In this document: one piece after another, positions 1 through 10,829 of the stretch
How positions within the stretch are numbered: the first letter of the stretch is position 1
Layout of the letters: each line of letters begins with the position of its first letter
Source of the DNA: Minisyncoccota bacterium
GTDB lineage: Bacteria; Patescibacteriota; Minisyncoccia; Phycocordibacterales; UBA9973
Direction of reading: 5' to 3'
DNA length: 64,000 nucleotides
Assembly: GCA_025453495.1 (NCBI GenBank)
Contig: JALOQM010000001.1
Location: 15,664 to 79,663, forward strand
Position numbers and translations under genes: made by a program
Notes under the pieces: generated by a model
Databases searched by the model: none
Seen by the model: only the letters and a program-made list of their open reading frames with translations
What the model was told of the DNA's origin: nothing

Positions 1-707
1 ACAAATGCCTGCACAAATCCAGAAAATATAGATAACACCATGAACGGTATTGGTAATACATATGCAGTACTTGCGGAAATACTTGCAATAATAAGGACCA
101 TTACTTCACCAGCAAATACATTACCGAATAATCGGAAAGACATTGAAATAATTTTTGCCAGCTCTCCGACAATATCAAGAAAACCAAGGAAAAAGCCTAT
201 TCCTGCATCAAAGAGACCAGCAAATGAGCGAACTTTAAAAAAGGGACCTATCTTAATAAAATTACCGATATGACCAAGAGGTGCTCGTGAAAAAGCGATA
301 AAATGAGCACCGCCTATCATAACAACTGCAAGTCCAATAGTAAGCGAAAGATCTGTAGTCGGTGTTCGAAACACTACTACTCCATCACGGATAAGGCTCG
401 TTATCAGCGGAAATACTGAAAACTGATTTGCCAAAAGAATAAAAATAAACAATGACGTTAGTACTGGAAAAAAGCGACGAGCACGTTTTTCTGAGCCAAA
501 AGCGTCTTGTAATTGGCTCATAAAAAAACTAGTCATACTTTCAAACACAACCTGCAATCCTGTAGGCACTAGTCTAAATGTTGCCCGAGCATACAGACCC
601 ACCAGCGCAAGCAATACTGTAAGAACCAGTGACGCGAGCATAGCATTTGTTATCGGCCAGCCGTAAATAGTAGTTATGATATGTGGTGCTAAAGAGACAT
701 CAGGCAT
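1..707 (-). CDS. atpB: F0F1 ATP synthase subunit a (partial; runs off the left edge)
   Basis: Manual minus-strand translation from ATG at 707 gives MPDVSLAPH...PITNAML...FRTPTTDL...SMSFRLFGNVFAGEV...FSGFVQAF, containing the subunit-a RLFGN and QAF motifs. Not in the ORF track because the stop lies outside the window. Confidence 0.93.
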   Translation of the reverse strand, partial: MPDVSLAPHIITTIYGWPITNAMLASLVLTVLLALVGLYARATFRLVPTGLQVVFESMTSFFMSQLQDAFGSEKRARRFFPVLTSLFIFILLANQFSVFPLITSLIRDGVVVFRTPTTDLSLTIGLAVVMIGGAHFIAFSRAPLGHIGNFIKIGPFFKVRSFAGLFDAGIGFFLGFLDIVGELAKIISMSFRLFGNVFAGEVMVLIIASISASTAYVLPIPFMVLSIFSGFVQAF

Positions 708-732
708 AGATAGTTATGATTAGATAAGATAT

Positions 733-1017
733 TTATACTCGAGGCACATCATCGCCTTTTTTAACTAAAGCAGCTTTGCGCGAAGCGTACCTACGAAGAT
801 ATCGGAGTAATAACACTTGACCGACAGGAAAAGAGACTACGACAGCAATCAGAACCGAAGGAAGGAGAGCAAAGCCCCCTATATGACTGACAAGATATCC
901 AACACCGAAAGCAAGCCCAATACATGCGATATTGGCTGCAAAAACGATACCTCTTGTGCCCCATGAATACCCGAAAAGCATAAATATATTTTGATACAAT
1001 AATAAAAAAGATACCAA
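733..1017 (-). CDS. Small membrane protein, AtpZ/AtpI-like by position
   Basis: Two hydrophobic segments and a basic tail, directly upstream of atpB. The true start may be the internal Met (MLFGYSWG). Confidence 0.5.
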   Translation of the reverse strand: MVSFLLLYQNIFMLFGYSWGTRGIVFAANIACIGLAFGVGYLVSHIGGFALLPSVLIAVVVSFPVGQVLLLRYLRRYASRKAALVKKGDDVPRV

Positions 1018-1246
1018 GATTAGTTAATGTATTTCACTATATAAAGCCATTTGAGACTCTATTATTTCTGAAGTGAAATAGCATTCGCTTTACTTTTCAC
1101 CATTGTAGTATAGCCATTTTACTCGCAAAGTCCAGGAAAATGTAAATCATATCAAAGTGAGACATGTAAGTCATGTCTACACGAAACGCCCTTATATAAG
1201 CAAAAATAGACAAAGAAGTTAAAAAATGATATAATATGCACATTAT

Positions 1247-3058
1247 ATGGAACCAACATTCTACCCTACTGAAGAGACTCTCACCGCTGGAGAGAGAAAA
1301 GTCCTAGAATACGTGGAGCGTATTGAAAATGGAGAAGATCAAAATTTGCTGTTTAAACATTTAGGCATATCTTTCAAAGAAGGTATCGAGAAATTGCTTG
1401 CGGAACGAACAAAAGAGAAAACAAAAAAAGCAGAAGAAAAAAAGGTTGAAGAAATACGCGAAAAATTAAGTGCATCCAAACAGGAGAAGTCTATTGATCT
1501 TTCTGGTATGCCGATACTTCCTTCAAAGTGGTCATTTTTGATAACTGAACCTGAACTTCTTGAAGAAATGTGGACATTTGCCATTCCTGTTGATGAAGAA
1601 GAACACGAAAAACTCAAGGCATGGAAAGCACGTGGAATTGCATATGCAAAAGAGTACGCTAAAAATAACAACGTACTAACACTAGAAGCTACAGAAGGCA
1701 CCAGTGAAGAAATGGGAGACACTGAGGCTCTCCTATCTCCAGAGCGTATTGTTGAAAAAGAAATTATATTACCTGACATTGAACGATTACAAAAGAGTAC
1801 TGCAATCGGTGACTTGAATGGTTCTTACAAAAGCTTTATAGACCATCTCACATACAAAAATCTTATTGCAACTGATCAAAACGGAAATAGTGTATGGACT
1901 GGTGGCAATGAACGTGTTGTGTTTATCGGAGATATTTTGGGAGATAGATCACCTGAAGGAATGAGTATTTACGAAAAAGTACAAGAATTACAAAATCAAG
2001 CAAAGATGCAAGGTGGTGACATAGAATGGATTTCAGGCAATCATGAAAACATGTTCAATGCCGTACTATGCGGTTTTAGCACAGAACAAGGTAAGCCAGT
2101 AGCAGAAGATATGACCTATAGACTCTCAGGGTATGCAGGAAATCTTGAGCTCTTCCAATTGTTACCTTTTGAAAACAAAAAAGAACTATATGCAGATATC
2201 ACAAACAATAGAGAGCAAGTCTTTGGGTTAGAGTTTCAAAAAGATATTCAAAAAAAGAAACGTATTTTAGATACAATTAGAAATAATCCTGAATATCTAC
2301 CAAGTGTAGTAGAAGCATATGAAAGAGCATATGAAGATATGCTAGATAAGCAAAGTAGTTTAGATACGTTTTGTAGATTAGTCGAAAACAACAACTACGA
2401 AGAAGCAAAAAAAATACTGTTTACTTTTATAGATACACTAAGCAAGAAGTACCAAGACCAGATAGGGAATACTATTATTGCAAATAGAAGTGGAATCAAG
2501 GAACATATAAACAACGATCAAAAGCATGCGTTGTTTAAGGAGGCTTTTCTCAATCAAAAACTACTGACACTGCATGATGATAGTTTATACACACACACTA
2601 GTCTCACTCCACGCATGGTAGGCATTATCAAAGAGTTTTCTAAAGATACTTCACTAAAAGAAGGAGTAGAAAAAATAAATACTTTTTATCAAAAAGTATT
2701 ACGTATGTACTTAGAAAATGATAACCCTGAAAGCCTTTTGACTAAACAAGAAATACAATATTTTAATCTACTGCGTGATGAGTTTATTTCCACGTCTTCC
2801 TATTCTAGGGTAAATTTCTCAGAATCGAATTCCATTTCTGATGAAGAAAAAGAAAGTCTCAAGACGTTTTTGAAGGATTCGGGAATCAACATTGTACTAC
2901 ACGGACACACTGACGAAAATGGCGAGCTCAAAGGATTTGCTGATCTTCCTATCGTTTCCATTGATAGAAGTGTATACAAAAATGAAGGAGCAAATATAGA
3001 AAAGACCGTCGCATATGCAAGTATATCGACAGACGGTATCGTGGCATTGCCAAAATAG
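1247..3058 (+). CDS. Calcineurin-like metallophosphoesterase with long N-terminal extension and helical insert
   Basis: Motifs IGDLNG, GDILGDR, GNHE, YTH and LHGHTD occur in canonical order. Confidence 0.8.
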   Translation: MEPTFYPTEETLTAGERKVLEYVERIENGEDQNLLFKHLGISFKEGIEKLLAERTKEKTKKAEEKKVEEIREKLSASKQEKSIDLSGMPILPSKWSFLITEPELLEEMWTFAIPVDEEEHEKLKAWKARGIAYAKEYAKNNNVLTLEATEGTSEEMGDTEALLSPERIVEKEIILPDIERLQKSTAIGDLNGSYKSFIDHLTYKNLIATDQNGNSVWTGGNERVVFIGDILGDRSPEGMSIYEKVQELQNQAKMQGGDIEWISGNHENMFNAVLCGFSTEQGKPVAEDMTYRLSGYAGNLELFQLLPFENKKELYADITNNREQVFGLEFQKDIQKKKRILDTIRNNPEYLPSVVEAYERAYEDMLDKQSSLDTFCRLVENNNYEEAKKILFTFIDTLSKKYQDQIGNTIIANRSGIKEHINNDQKHALFKEAFLNQKLLTLHDDSLYTHTSLTPRMVGIIKEFSKDTSLKEGVEKINTFYQKVLRMYLENDNPESLLTKQEIQYFNLLRDEFISTSSYSRVNFSESNSISDEEKESLKTFLKDSGINIVLHGHTDENGELKGFADLPIVSIDRSVYKNEGANIEKTVAYASISTDGIVALPK

Positions 3059-3293
3059 CTTGAGATCTGTATTGAAAGTCTAAATTTACTCTTTAAAAAA
3101 TGAGAGAGTTTGAGTCGAATCGAATTATCATTCACGATACAACAATTTCACAATTGGAAACCTTACCGAACTGAAAATTGTCAGTTATAAGTTCACATTT
3201 TAATTTTATCCTACTTTTTTATCGAAATGGAGTTTTTGTACTAACTAAAAAACACCCCCGATTCCTCGAGGGTGCTATCTTTGTTAAGAGACT

Positions 3294-4319
3294 CTATAGC
3301 CTTAAAAGAGTAATCTTCTCGCCTTTTTTCACATAAAACGAATATTGTTTATCATTTACGAAAATCTCTAAAGTGCACGGTGGCTTTAATCCTTCGTCTT
3401 CAATAACAATCTCAACTACATTAATGTTTGGATCAATTGGTATTTGATATGGTTTACGTTCAATACTAATTGAGTGTTCTACAATTTTTCCATCAAAATA
3501 GACAGAGATTTTGTCTCCATCTATTTGGACAAAATCTCCAAACAAGATAGTATCTCGCTTAGAAACAATCAATGAAAACTTAGTTGAATCTTGGACTACT
3601 GCTTGCACATGTACAGATGCAACTAAGTTAGGATTATTAACTAATTTTTCAATAACTGCGAATCGAGCGGGTTCAGCAACCATTTTTCTTATTGAATCTG
3701 AAATAAAAACCATATTCAGTCTCGGTTTTTTGTATTTCAATGCTATTGGTGTTCTCCAACAATCACTGGTTGTATATCCAATCAAAATTTCACTTGGTAA
3801 AATAGTAGGATGCCATGGAAGATAACTTGGGTCACTGGTTTCGATTACTATAATCGAATTAATTTTAGAAATCTTGTTTCCTTTTATCTTTATATCTCTC
3901 CACCTGCAATTCCCTGTTTTTTGAAACATTTTCCATTCTTCAAGTGCGGTTTCATAACTGAAAACATTACACCAATAGCCTGTTTCATCTACTACACCTG
4001 ATTTGCTTTTGTTGTACTTTTCCCATTTTCTCTTTCCAGTATGTTTATATTCCTCACCGGTAAGTGCATTCCAGGAACTTTCATGATCATATAAGTAGTC
4101 TTTTGTTAAGATTTTACTACTTACTAATTGATAGAGTTTTACACTATCTTTGTTTAGATTAAACTTCTTTTTATCAAACGTATACCAATACTCGTTTGAA
4201 AAGTTCTGTATACTTGCACGAATTGCTAACGCAAGCGTAGTGTCATTTGCAGTTTGAGCAAATGTTTGTAGCTTATTTAAAGCTAATAACAGAATAATTG
4301 AAAAAAGGATTTTTTTCAT
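3294..4319 (-). CDS. Hypothetical exported protein
   Basis: 341-aa ORF with a signal-peptide-like N-terminus (MKKILFSIILLLAL...TFAQ); AT-rich; has its own promoter and a downstream hairpin. Confidence 0.7.
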   Translation of the reverse strand: MKKILFSIILLLALNKLQTFAQTANDTTLALAIRASIQNFSNEYWYTFDKKKFNLNKDSVKLYQLVSSKILTKDYLYDHESSWNALTGEEYKHTGKRKWEKYNKSKSGVVDETGYWCNVFSYETALEEWKMFQKTGNCRWRDIKIKGNKISKINSIIVIETSDPSYLPWHPTILPSEILIGYTTSDCWRTPIALKYKKPRLNMVFISDSIRKMVAEPARFAVIEKLVNNPNLVASVHVQAVVQDSTKFSLIVSKRDTILFGDFVQIDGDKISVYFDGKIVEHSISIERKPYQIPIDPNINVVEIVIEDEGLKPPCTLEIFVNDKQYSFYVKKGEKITLLRL

Positions 4320-4430
4320 GATTTTGGTTGTGTTTTAAGATAAGCACGAGTCAAACAGAAGCTCTATAAGCTGCTGGTTTTATAGTGGTTATCCTTATTG
4401 TGAAAGAAGATAATTATTTTATCTTTCTAT

Positions 4431-4458
4431 ATTATAGCATATAGAATATAATTGTCAA
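4431..4458 (-). promoter_or_regulatory. Sigma70-type promoter
   Basis: Minus strand reads TTGACA-N16-TATAAT with an extended TGn, upstream of 3294-4319. Confidence 0.65.
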
Positions 4459-4888
4459 ATATATGTATATATTGGGATAATGTGCACATATATATGACGA
4501 AATACTTTATTTAAAAAACAAAGAATTATTTGCGTATTAAAAAAGATGTGAATAGCACAAAAGAAAGTTAATTTACAATAGATTTGGAAAAAATCTTATA
4601 AAAGATAAAATCATTTCATGAATGTAATTACATCATTCAATGAAGAAAAATTCGTAGCGACAAAGTAACACAGTTTCACTATGAAGAGCTACTTATAATC
4701 GTATTTTCAATTCTAAGAATTTGATTGACTTGTTTTATGTAAAAAATGAGAAATACTATTGAATCCTAAGTAGTGGTGATAGTGAGAATATATACGAAGA
4801 AGGAGTTACCAGTAGATAAAAAGAAGTAGTAAAAAATAAAAATAATTTTGAGCCAACTTTGCAAACGCAATACTCCTTAGTCTACATA

Positions 4889-5494
4889 CTAGCGACGAGT
4901 CGTCCAAATTCTCTTGATAAATGTACGTAGTAATATAATCACTATAGATGTCACAAGAATAACAAAGATAAGCGTGATTGTACGTGGTCCGAGGTAATTG
5001 GTAACAACATTACCTGCATAGATACCCAGAAATCCCCATAAATATGATCCGATGAAACTATAGATCATATATCTTCTCGTCCGTACACCACGTATCGCCG
5101 CAAAGAGTGATGGCGTCGATCGTATGACTGGGAGCAGCTTGCCAAAGATAGATACGATAGCTAGATGTCTATCAAAAAGATCCCACGAGCGTTGATACTT
5201 CTCGTGCGTAACAAAACGTGATACCCGCGGTAAATGTCGAAATTTCCTGCCCAACAAAAACCCAAACATATCCCCCGCAAAACTCGCTGTCCCGACAACA
5301 AGTGCGCCAACAAATGGAGAGAGTATTCCTTGTGCAGCGAGACTTCCTGCAAAAAGCGCAATCGTGCCACCCGGCAGTACCGATCCGATAATAGGAAGTC
5401 CTTCAGTAAATGAAAATACTCCGAGTAGAAGAAGTTGCAATACAAGTGGAACACCACTGACAAAAGAGAGAATAGCTTCAGAAAATGAATCCAT
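4889..5494 (-). CDS. DedA family membrane protein
   Basis: DedA/SNARE-associated pattern: FTEG..IGSVLPG, GD..GF.LGR..., FGKLLPVIRS. Confidence 0.88.
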   Translation of the reverse strand: MDSFSEAILSFVSGVPLVLQLLLLGVFSFTEGLPIIGSVLPGGTIALFAGSLAAQGILSPFVGALVVGTASFAGDMFGFLLGRKFRHLPRVSRFVTHEKYQRSWDLFDRHLAIVSIFGKLLPVIRSTPSLFAAIRGVRTRRYMIYSFIGSYLWGFLGIYAGNVVTNYLGPRTITLIFVILVTSIVIILLRTFIKRIWTTRR

Positions 5495-5599
5495 TTTATA
5501 AATGTAACATGTGGTGTATGAAAAAAGTAATTTGAAACTTGAAAATAAGGAATATTTAGGTATTTAAGGAGCGATAGTATGTTCAATTAGAAAAATACC

Positions 5600-5790
5600 C
5601 TACGAGATCAGACTAGATTTTAGAATTCTCACAATACCAGTATCCGCGTCAACTTCAACCAAATCGCCATCTTTTAAAATTTTCGTTAAATTATCAATAC
5701 CGATAATGCAAGGCTTCTTAAACTCTCGTGCAACTATAGCCATGTGAGACAAAATGTTTCCATTTTCTATGAGAATAGCACCGGTGCGCA
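5600..5790 (-). pseudogene. C-terminal remnant of a PEP-utilising enzyme mobile (phospho-His) domain
   Basis: GAILIENGNILSHMAIVAREFKKPCIIG...LKDGDLVEVDADTGIV matches the family C-terminus. Upstream sequence does not continue the family pattern. Confidence 0.7.
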
Positions 5791-6077
5791 GGTAAGAGAT
5801 CTCGATAATATGAAGGGTATCAGTAATTTTGATCTCTTGGGCAAGCATGCAGAGCAGGAAGGCAAACTTCTGGTCGAGGTGTGGCGGAAAACCGCGAGTA
5901 GCTGAACGCGGGGTTCAGTGTCTTCGTTGGGATTTGCGTCCATATCCTAAAGTTTCGAAGCTCTAGGGGTTAGGTCGACTTTATTCAGATGTTGAAGATA
6001 TTATACCTCAAAAGGAGGTACTTGGGTACTTTAGCTTAACTTTAAGACGTTGTGTAGTGAAGTTACCAACAACTTGT

Positions 6078-6785
6078 TTAGCAAAGACCAGCCCCAATAG
6101 TTTCAAGCTTTTCCTTAACTCTCTCCCATTTAGGGTACTTTTCATCAAGTAATCGCCAGAACTTTGTATTGTGATTTTTGTATTTCAAATGACAAAGCTC
6201 ATGAATTATTACGTAGTCGATACAATCTTTTGAAGTATGAATTAGTTTAGGATTAAGAAATATTTTGTCTTTGTTGAGAAAACTACCCCAACGTTTCTTC
6301 ATTTCTCGAGTAGCAAGAATAGGAGTATTTTTATATTCAAACTTATTTAACATTTCCTTGAATCTATCTTGAAAAACACTTTCTGTTTTTACTTCAAACC
6401 ATTCATCAACCAGCTTTTTATTGTGGCGACTGTTTGAAACCTCTTTTGTGGTGTAAATAGTTAGAAGTCCTCTTGTTAATGAAACAAGGTCCTCTTTGCC
6501 ACGTCTTACGACCAGCTTATATTGTCTACCAAGATATAAATATCCCTCGCCAGAAATATATTCTTTTTCGTAAATCTTTCGTTGGTACTTTTTGAAAAAT
6601 GAAAGCTGTTTTTCTAACCAGAACCACTTTTTCTGTAAGAAGTTTTCTATTCTTTCATTATCGGTTTGTAGTGGACACTTAAGAATAATACGTAAGTCTG
6701 GAGTGACAGTGAGAGACAGTGTTTTACGATCTTGTTTTATAAGTTGGTATTCATATACAAATGTTCCAAATATGAATTCTTTCAT
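6078..6785 (-). CDS. YgjP/SprT-like (M48-like) zinc metallopeptidase associated with type I R-M
   Basis: Contains RWGS and IDYVIIHELCH...H...FW; this family typically lies downstream of hsdR. Confidence 0.88.
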   Translation of the reverse strand: MKEFIFGTFVYEYQLIKQDRKTLSLTVTPDLRIILKCPLQTDNERIENFLQKKWFWLEKQLSFFKKYQRKIYEKEYISGEGYLYLGRQYKLVVRRGKEDLVSLTRGLLTIYTTKEVSNSRHNKKLVDEWFEVKTESVFQDRFKEMLNKFEYKNTPILATREMKKRWGSFLNKDKIFLNPKLIHTSKDCIDYVIIHELCHLKYKNHNTKFWRLLDEKYPKWERVKEKLETIGAGLC

Positions 6786-6789
6786 AAGA

Positions 6790-9700
6790 TTAAGTGAATA
6801 AATCGAAGTTATTTTCTGCTAACAGCATTACATTATCAATGACAGCTTTGATGTGGTCGTTGTCTATTTCAATACCTTTTTCTCCTTTAACTACATCATA
6901 AAGATAGTCATCAATACTATTTCGCATCTTACGCTTAACGTCCATGTTTTTATACCAATCAACAATAGCCTCATTCTTAATGATTGCGAAAATATCAAGA
7001 ATTATAGAAATATATAATTCTTCACTAAGCTTTAGACTCTCAAACTGAGATCGTAAGTTACGGTAAAAAATATCAGAACCTTTATTTGTCTCAATATTTT
7101 CTGGAAGACTTTCATCCTTCTTGTTCACAACATCGTCACGAATTAACTTCATTTGTTTCAATGCTTCAACATCCGCAAGTTTACCTTGTCGCATCTTTTC
7201 AAGAATTTCTGAAATCTTTTTAGAAAACTTTTCGTAAAACTCAGGGTCAGTATCAAGTTTTTCGGTGATAGTTTTTTGTGTTTGTGCGGCGATAGCCTCA
7301 GCCTTTGATTTATCAGATCCAAGATTTTCAACAGCTTCTTCAAAAAGCTTTCTATCTGTAATGTTTACTTGTTTTGTTAGTAATTCAACCCCGCGAGCAT
7401 CAACATATTTATCAAGAATGTTAATAAGTGACTGCTTGTATTCTAATAGATCGACACGGTCTGCATATTGCAAACTAGCCGCCTTACGAAGCTCAGCAAA
7501 CTTTTTCAACTCACGCTTGTATAAATCAAGGTGTTTAAATTCATGCACGAAGTCTTGCAAGACAAAACACTCACTCAAATTCTTAATAAAAGCATTGAGT
7601 GTTTTGTAGAATGTTTCTCGTTTAGGTTGATCAGCAAGAAACTGTAAGTACACCTCATCATCAGATGATCCTTTTATTTCTTTAAATAAATCATGAACCA
7701 ATGAATAGCTCTGCTCGAGTTCCTGAATCTTATCTGCCACATCGATGAGGGTACCCTTCACATCGTTCTCATCATAGTTACCGAATAGCTTCATCGCTGT
7801 CTTAATATTTTTTGCGTTCTCAGAATAGTCAACAATATACCCTGCTGTCTTCGGTTTCTCTTTTGTATTTTCATAGAGACGATTTACACGAGCAATAGCC
7901 TGGAGTAAATCATGATCATGTAAATCTTTCGCTAAGTACAAGACGGTATTTCTAGGCGCATCGAATCCCGTGAGCAACTTACTCACAACAATAATAATTT
8001 CAACTCCGTCATCGTTATACTTAAAACTATCAACAACATCTTTCTCAAACTTCTCAACACTACTGTAATTTTTCTTTAAGTCCTCGAGATACTTAACAAC
8101 CTCTTTTTTATGTGTATCTTCTTCATCACCATCATCGTGTTCATCAGAAATCACAAGGGCTGTATTTATTTTTCCTGAAGTCTCAAATGCTCTTTGAAAC
8201 AAAACAGCTGAAAACTTTGACGGAGCAACGATTTGCGCTTTCAATCCAGTTCCCTGAAAATTTTCAATGAAATGTTTTTCAATATCAATAGCTATTTCTG
8301 AAATTCGATTTGGGTTATTCTGTATAATCTTTGTTCCAGCGTGCTTTTGTAGTTCCTTCTTTTGTTTATCATTAAGCCCCTCTACGATTCTTTCCATGCG
8401 TCTGTCTACCTGTTCCTGATTTTGAACAAGTTCTACATATCTTCCCTCGTAAATTAATGGGAGGATAACCTTGTCAGCCAAAGCATCATCGATAGTGTAT
8501 CTATCAATTTCCCCTCCAAATTTATTCCAACTTTTATCATTCTTTAAAAGAGGAGTTCCTGTAAATCCAATATAGCAAGCATTCGGTATAACACGGTTCA
8601 TCTCAAGATTAGCTATTCCATACTGCGTTCTGTGGGCTTCATCAATTAAAACAAAAATATTTTTATCTTTGTCTATAACAGAACCTTTTTTCCCGGCAGT
8701 TTGAAATTTTTGGACCAAAGTAGTAATAACTGCGAGTTCCTTATTCTGGATAAGATCAAGTAGATGTTCGCCACTTGTAGCCTGAACAACGTCTTTCTTA
8801 AGGTTACAGTTCTTGAACGTATCCTTGATTTGTTTATCGAGATCTCGACGATCGGTGACAATAATCACTCGAGGGTTGAGAATATGAGGGTCTTCAATAA
8901 GAGCCTTCACAAACATCACCATAGTGAGCGATTTACCAGATCCTTGTGTGTGCCATACGAGTCCACCTTTTCGGCGAGTGATGCCTTGCTCAGTAGTTTC
9001 TTCTTCCTCTATACGCTTGAGCATCTTGTGAATAGCAAAATATTGCTGATAGCGTGAGAGCTTCTTTACTCCTGCATCGAAAAGAATGTAATTCTTGGTG
9101 AGGTCAAGTAACCGCTTTGGTTCAAATAAAGAAAATATACCTCGATCTTGCTCAGTAGGTAATCTGTCTGTTCTTTGCTTATGTCCCTCGGTGTAGCCGT
9201 TGAGATCTTCGAGAATCTGCTTGTATACATCGGCATCAATAGGCTTCTGTATTAGCTTGCCAATCTGTGTATTGAGGTCTTCTTCTTTTGCACCTTTTTC
9301 TTTCCAAACAGCATAGAACTTGTTAGGTGTGCCTGTTGTTCCGTATTGCAAATCTTTTCCATTGGTACCAACGAGAAGCTGGGTATAGGTATAGAGCTTT
9401 GGACAATACTCAGGACCTTGGTTTCGGTTCATCTGGTTGATGGCCTCTTTCACATCAACACCAGACTTTTTGTTCTCAATCACTGCAAAAGGAATGCCGT
9501 TCACAAAACACACAATATCAGGACGGATATTCTGTTTACCACTCGCTACAAATTCAGCAGATACATGGAATGCATTATTCTGTGTGTTCTCGAAGTCAAT
9601 AAACTTGAAGTTCTTTGATATCTTTTTGCCTCCATGGCTTACCTTTATAGTCTTGCCACCACTGGTAGGCATGATGATGTTGTAGATCTTTTGAGCGGTA

Positions 9701-9975
9701 TCAATAAGTCCTTCGTATTGGATATGCTCAAGCTCATCGATAGCGTCACGAACATCTTTTTCACTGAACTTGTAGGTAGTTCCATCAACTTCGTACCCGT
9801 TTATGTCCATGAGTTTCTCGGTAGCAATATCAGCAAGGATGAAGTTTGAAGTATCACCGGAACGCTGTCTGAGTGCTTCCTCGGCAGAAATATATGTATA
9901 GCCCATGCTCAAGAGAAGCTCTATGAATGGGAGCTGTGATTGTTTTGCTTCATCAAAATGTACTTTTTCTAACAT
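6790..9975 (-). CDS. hsdR: Type I restriction endonuclease subunit R
   Basis: Nuclease motif RPDIVCFVNGIPFAVIENK, Walker A HTQGSGKS, DEAHR, GFTGTP, LLTGFD and QAIARVNR. Confidence 0.96.
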   Translation of the reverse strand: MLEKVHFDEAKQSQLPFIELLLSMGYTYISAEEALRQRSGDTSNFILADIATEKLMDINGYEVDGTTYKFSEKDVRDAIDELEHIQYEGLIDTAQKIYNIIMPTSGGKTIKVSHGGKKISKNFKFIDFENTQNNAFHVSAEFVASGKQNIRPDIVCFVNGIPFAVIENKKSGVDVKEAINQMNRNQGPEYCPKLYTYTQLLVGTNGKDLQYGTTGTPNKFYAVWKEKGAKEEDLNTQIGKLIQKPIDADVYKQILEDLNGYTEGHKQRTDRLPTEQDRGIFSLFEPKRLLDLTKNYILFDAGVKKLSRYQQYFAIHKMLKRIEEEETTEQGITRRKGGLVWHTQGSGKSLTMVMFVKALIEDPHILNPRVIIVTDRRDLDKQIKDTFKNCNLKKDVVQATSGEHLLDLIQNKELAVITTLVQKFQTAGKKGSVIDKDKNIFVLIDEAHRTQYGIANLEMNRVIPNACYIGFTGTPLLKNDKSWNKFGGEIDRYTIDDALADKVILPLIYEGRYVELVQNQEQVDRRMERIVEGLNDKQKKELQKHAGTKIIQNNPNRISEIAIDIEKHFIENFQGTGLKAQIVAPSKFSAVLFQRAFETSGKINTALVISDEHDDGDEEDTHKKEVVKYLEDLKKNYSSVEKFEKDVVDSFKYNDDGVEIIIVVSKLLTGFDAPRNTVLYLAKDLHDHDLLQAIARVNRLYENTKEKPKTAGYIVDYSENAKNIKTAMKLFGNYDENDVKGTLIDVADKIQELEQSYSLVHDLFKEIKGSSDDEVYLQFLADQPKRETFYKTLNAFIKNLSECFVLQDFVHEFKHLDLYKRELKKFAELRKAASLQYADRVDLLEYKQSLINILDKYVDARGVELLTKQVNITDRKLFEEAVENLGSDKSKAEAIAAQTQKTITEKLDTDPEFYEKFSKKISEILEKMRQGKLADVEALKQMKLIRDDVVNKKDESLPENIETNKGSDIFYRNLRSQFESLKLSEELYISIILDIFAIIKNEAIVDWYKNMDVKRKMRNSIDDYLYDVVKGEKGIEIDNDHIKAVIDNVMLLAENNFDLFT

Positions 9976-9979
9976 ATAG

Positions 9980-10825
9980 TTATTTTAATTTCTTCTTACT
10001 TTTTTGCGCCGGCAGATAGTTCTCACCAGTGACGACCTTTCTCCCTGTTTTTTCTTCGAGTGCAAGTCTGGCATCTTTTGCAATCTTGCCACCTTTTTGC
10101 GCAGGAATTTTATTTTCTTCCAATCCTTTCGCTTCGGTATTCTCTGCAATCTGTCGTGTTGAAAGCTCCGCAAGTGCGGTAAAGATGAGCTCAGCCTCAG
10201 ACATATGATCACGAACATTTGCGGTCTTCCCCAAGCCTTTCAATTTTTTATGATCTTGCACACCAAGCCCACTCCACTCTTGGTGAATGATATTCGTCAG
10301 AATCGCATACTCCTTACCCTCTTCTACACCCGCAGATTTCCAATAGTCGGTGAGCTTGTTGCGTGTCTCTTGCCCCATCATGCGCTGCTGTATCCACTTG
10401 TCGCTTCGGCCATGCTTTTTCCAATACTCGCGCGAACGGTTGAGTGCTATCTCTGGGTTTACCATTTCGTCGATTCTCTCCTGTCCGACCTTTGCAAGCC
10501 ACTGCTTGAAAGGCTCGGCCTTAGGTGAAGAAATGGATTGGATAATACGGAACATACCTTGCAAATTGGACATATTTTCTACACGCTTCTTACCATCACG
10601 AGCAACTACGTCAAGGGGGGTACAAATTGTACCCCAGTTGACAGAAAGCTCAGGATCACGTGTACGCATCTTTTTGATATATTGTTTTACATCTTTCGAC
10701 TCAGAAAGCACCCGTACGACATCAGAAACAGCAAAATACCATTGCTCGTCATGCCACACGCGACGCACCTCTGTTGCCTCAAATATTGCGGGTACTATAT
10801 TTTTTTGTATTTGTGGTTTTTTCAT
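9980..10825 (-). CDS. Bro-N domain DNA-binding protein (antirepressor-like)
   Basis: Contains VRRVWHDEQWYFAVSDVV...RIIQSISSPKAEPFKQWLA. Confidence 0.85.
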   Translation of the reverse strand: MKKPQIQKNIVPAIFEATEVRRVWHDEQWYFAVSDVVRVLSESKDVKQYIKKMRTRDPELSVNWGTICTPLDVVARDGKKRVENMSNLQGMFRIIQSISSPKAEPFKQWLAKVGQERIDEMVNPEIALNRSREYWKKHGRSDKWIQQRMMGQETRNKLTDYWKSAGVEEGKEYAILTNIIHQEWSGLGVQDHKKLKGLGKTANVRDHMSEAELIFTALAELSTRQIAENTEAKGLEENKIPAQKGGKIAKDARLALEEKTGRKVVTGENYLPAQKSKKKLK

Positions 10826-10829
10826 ATAT

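Noticed and set aside
5790-6070. Duplicated tRNA-Ser 3' end (att site) at the island's left border
   Set aside because: No match to the tRNA-Ser 3' sequence was found by eye.
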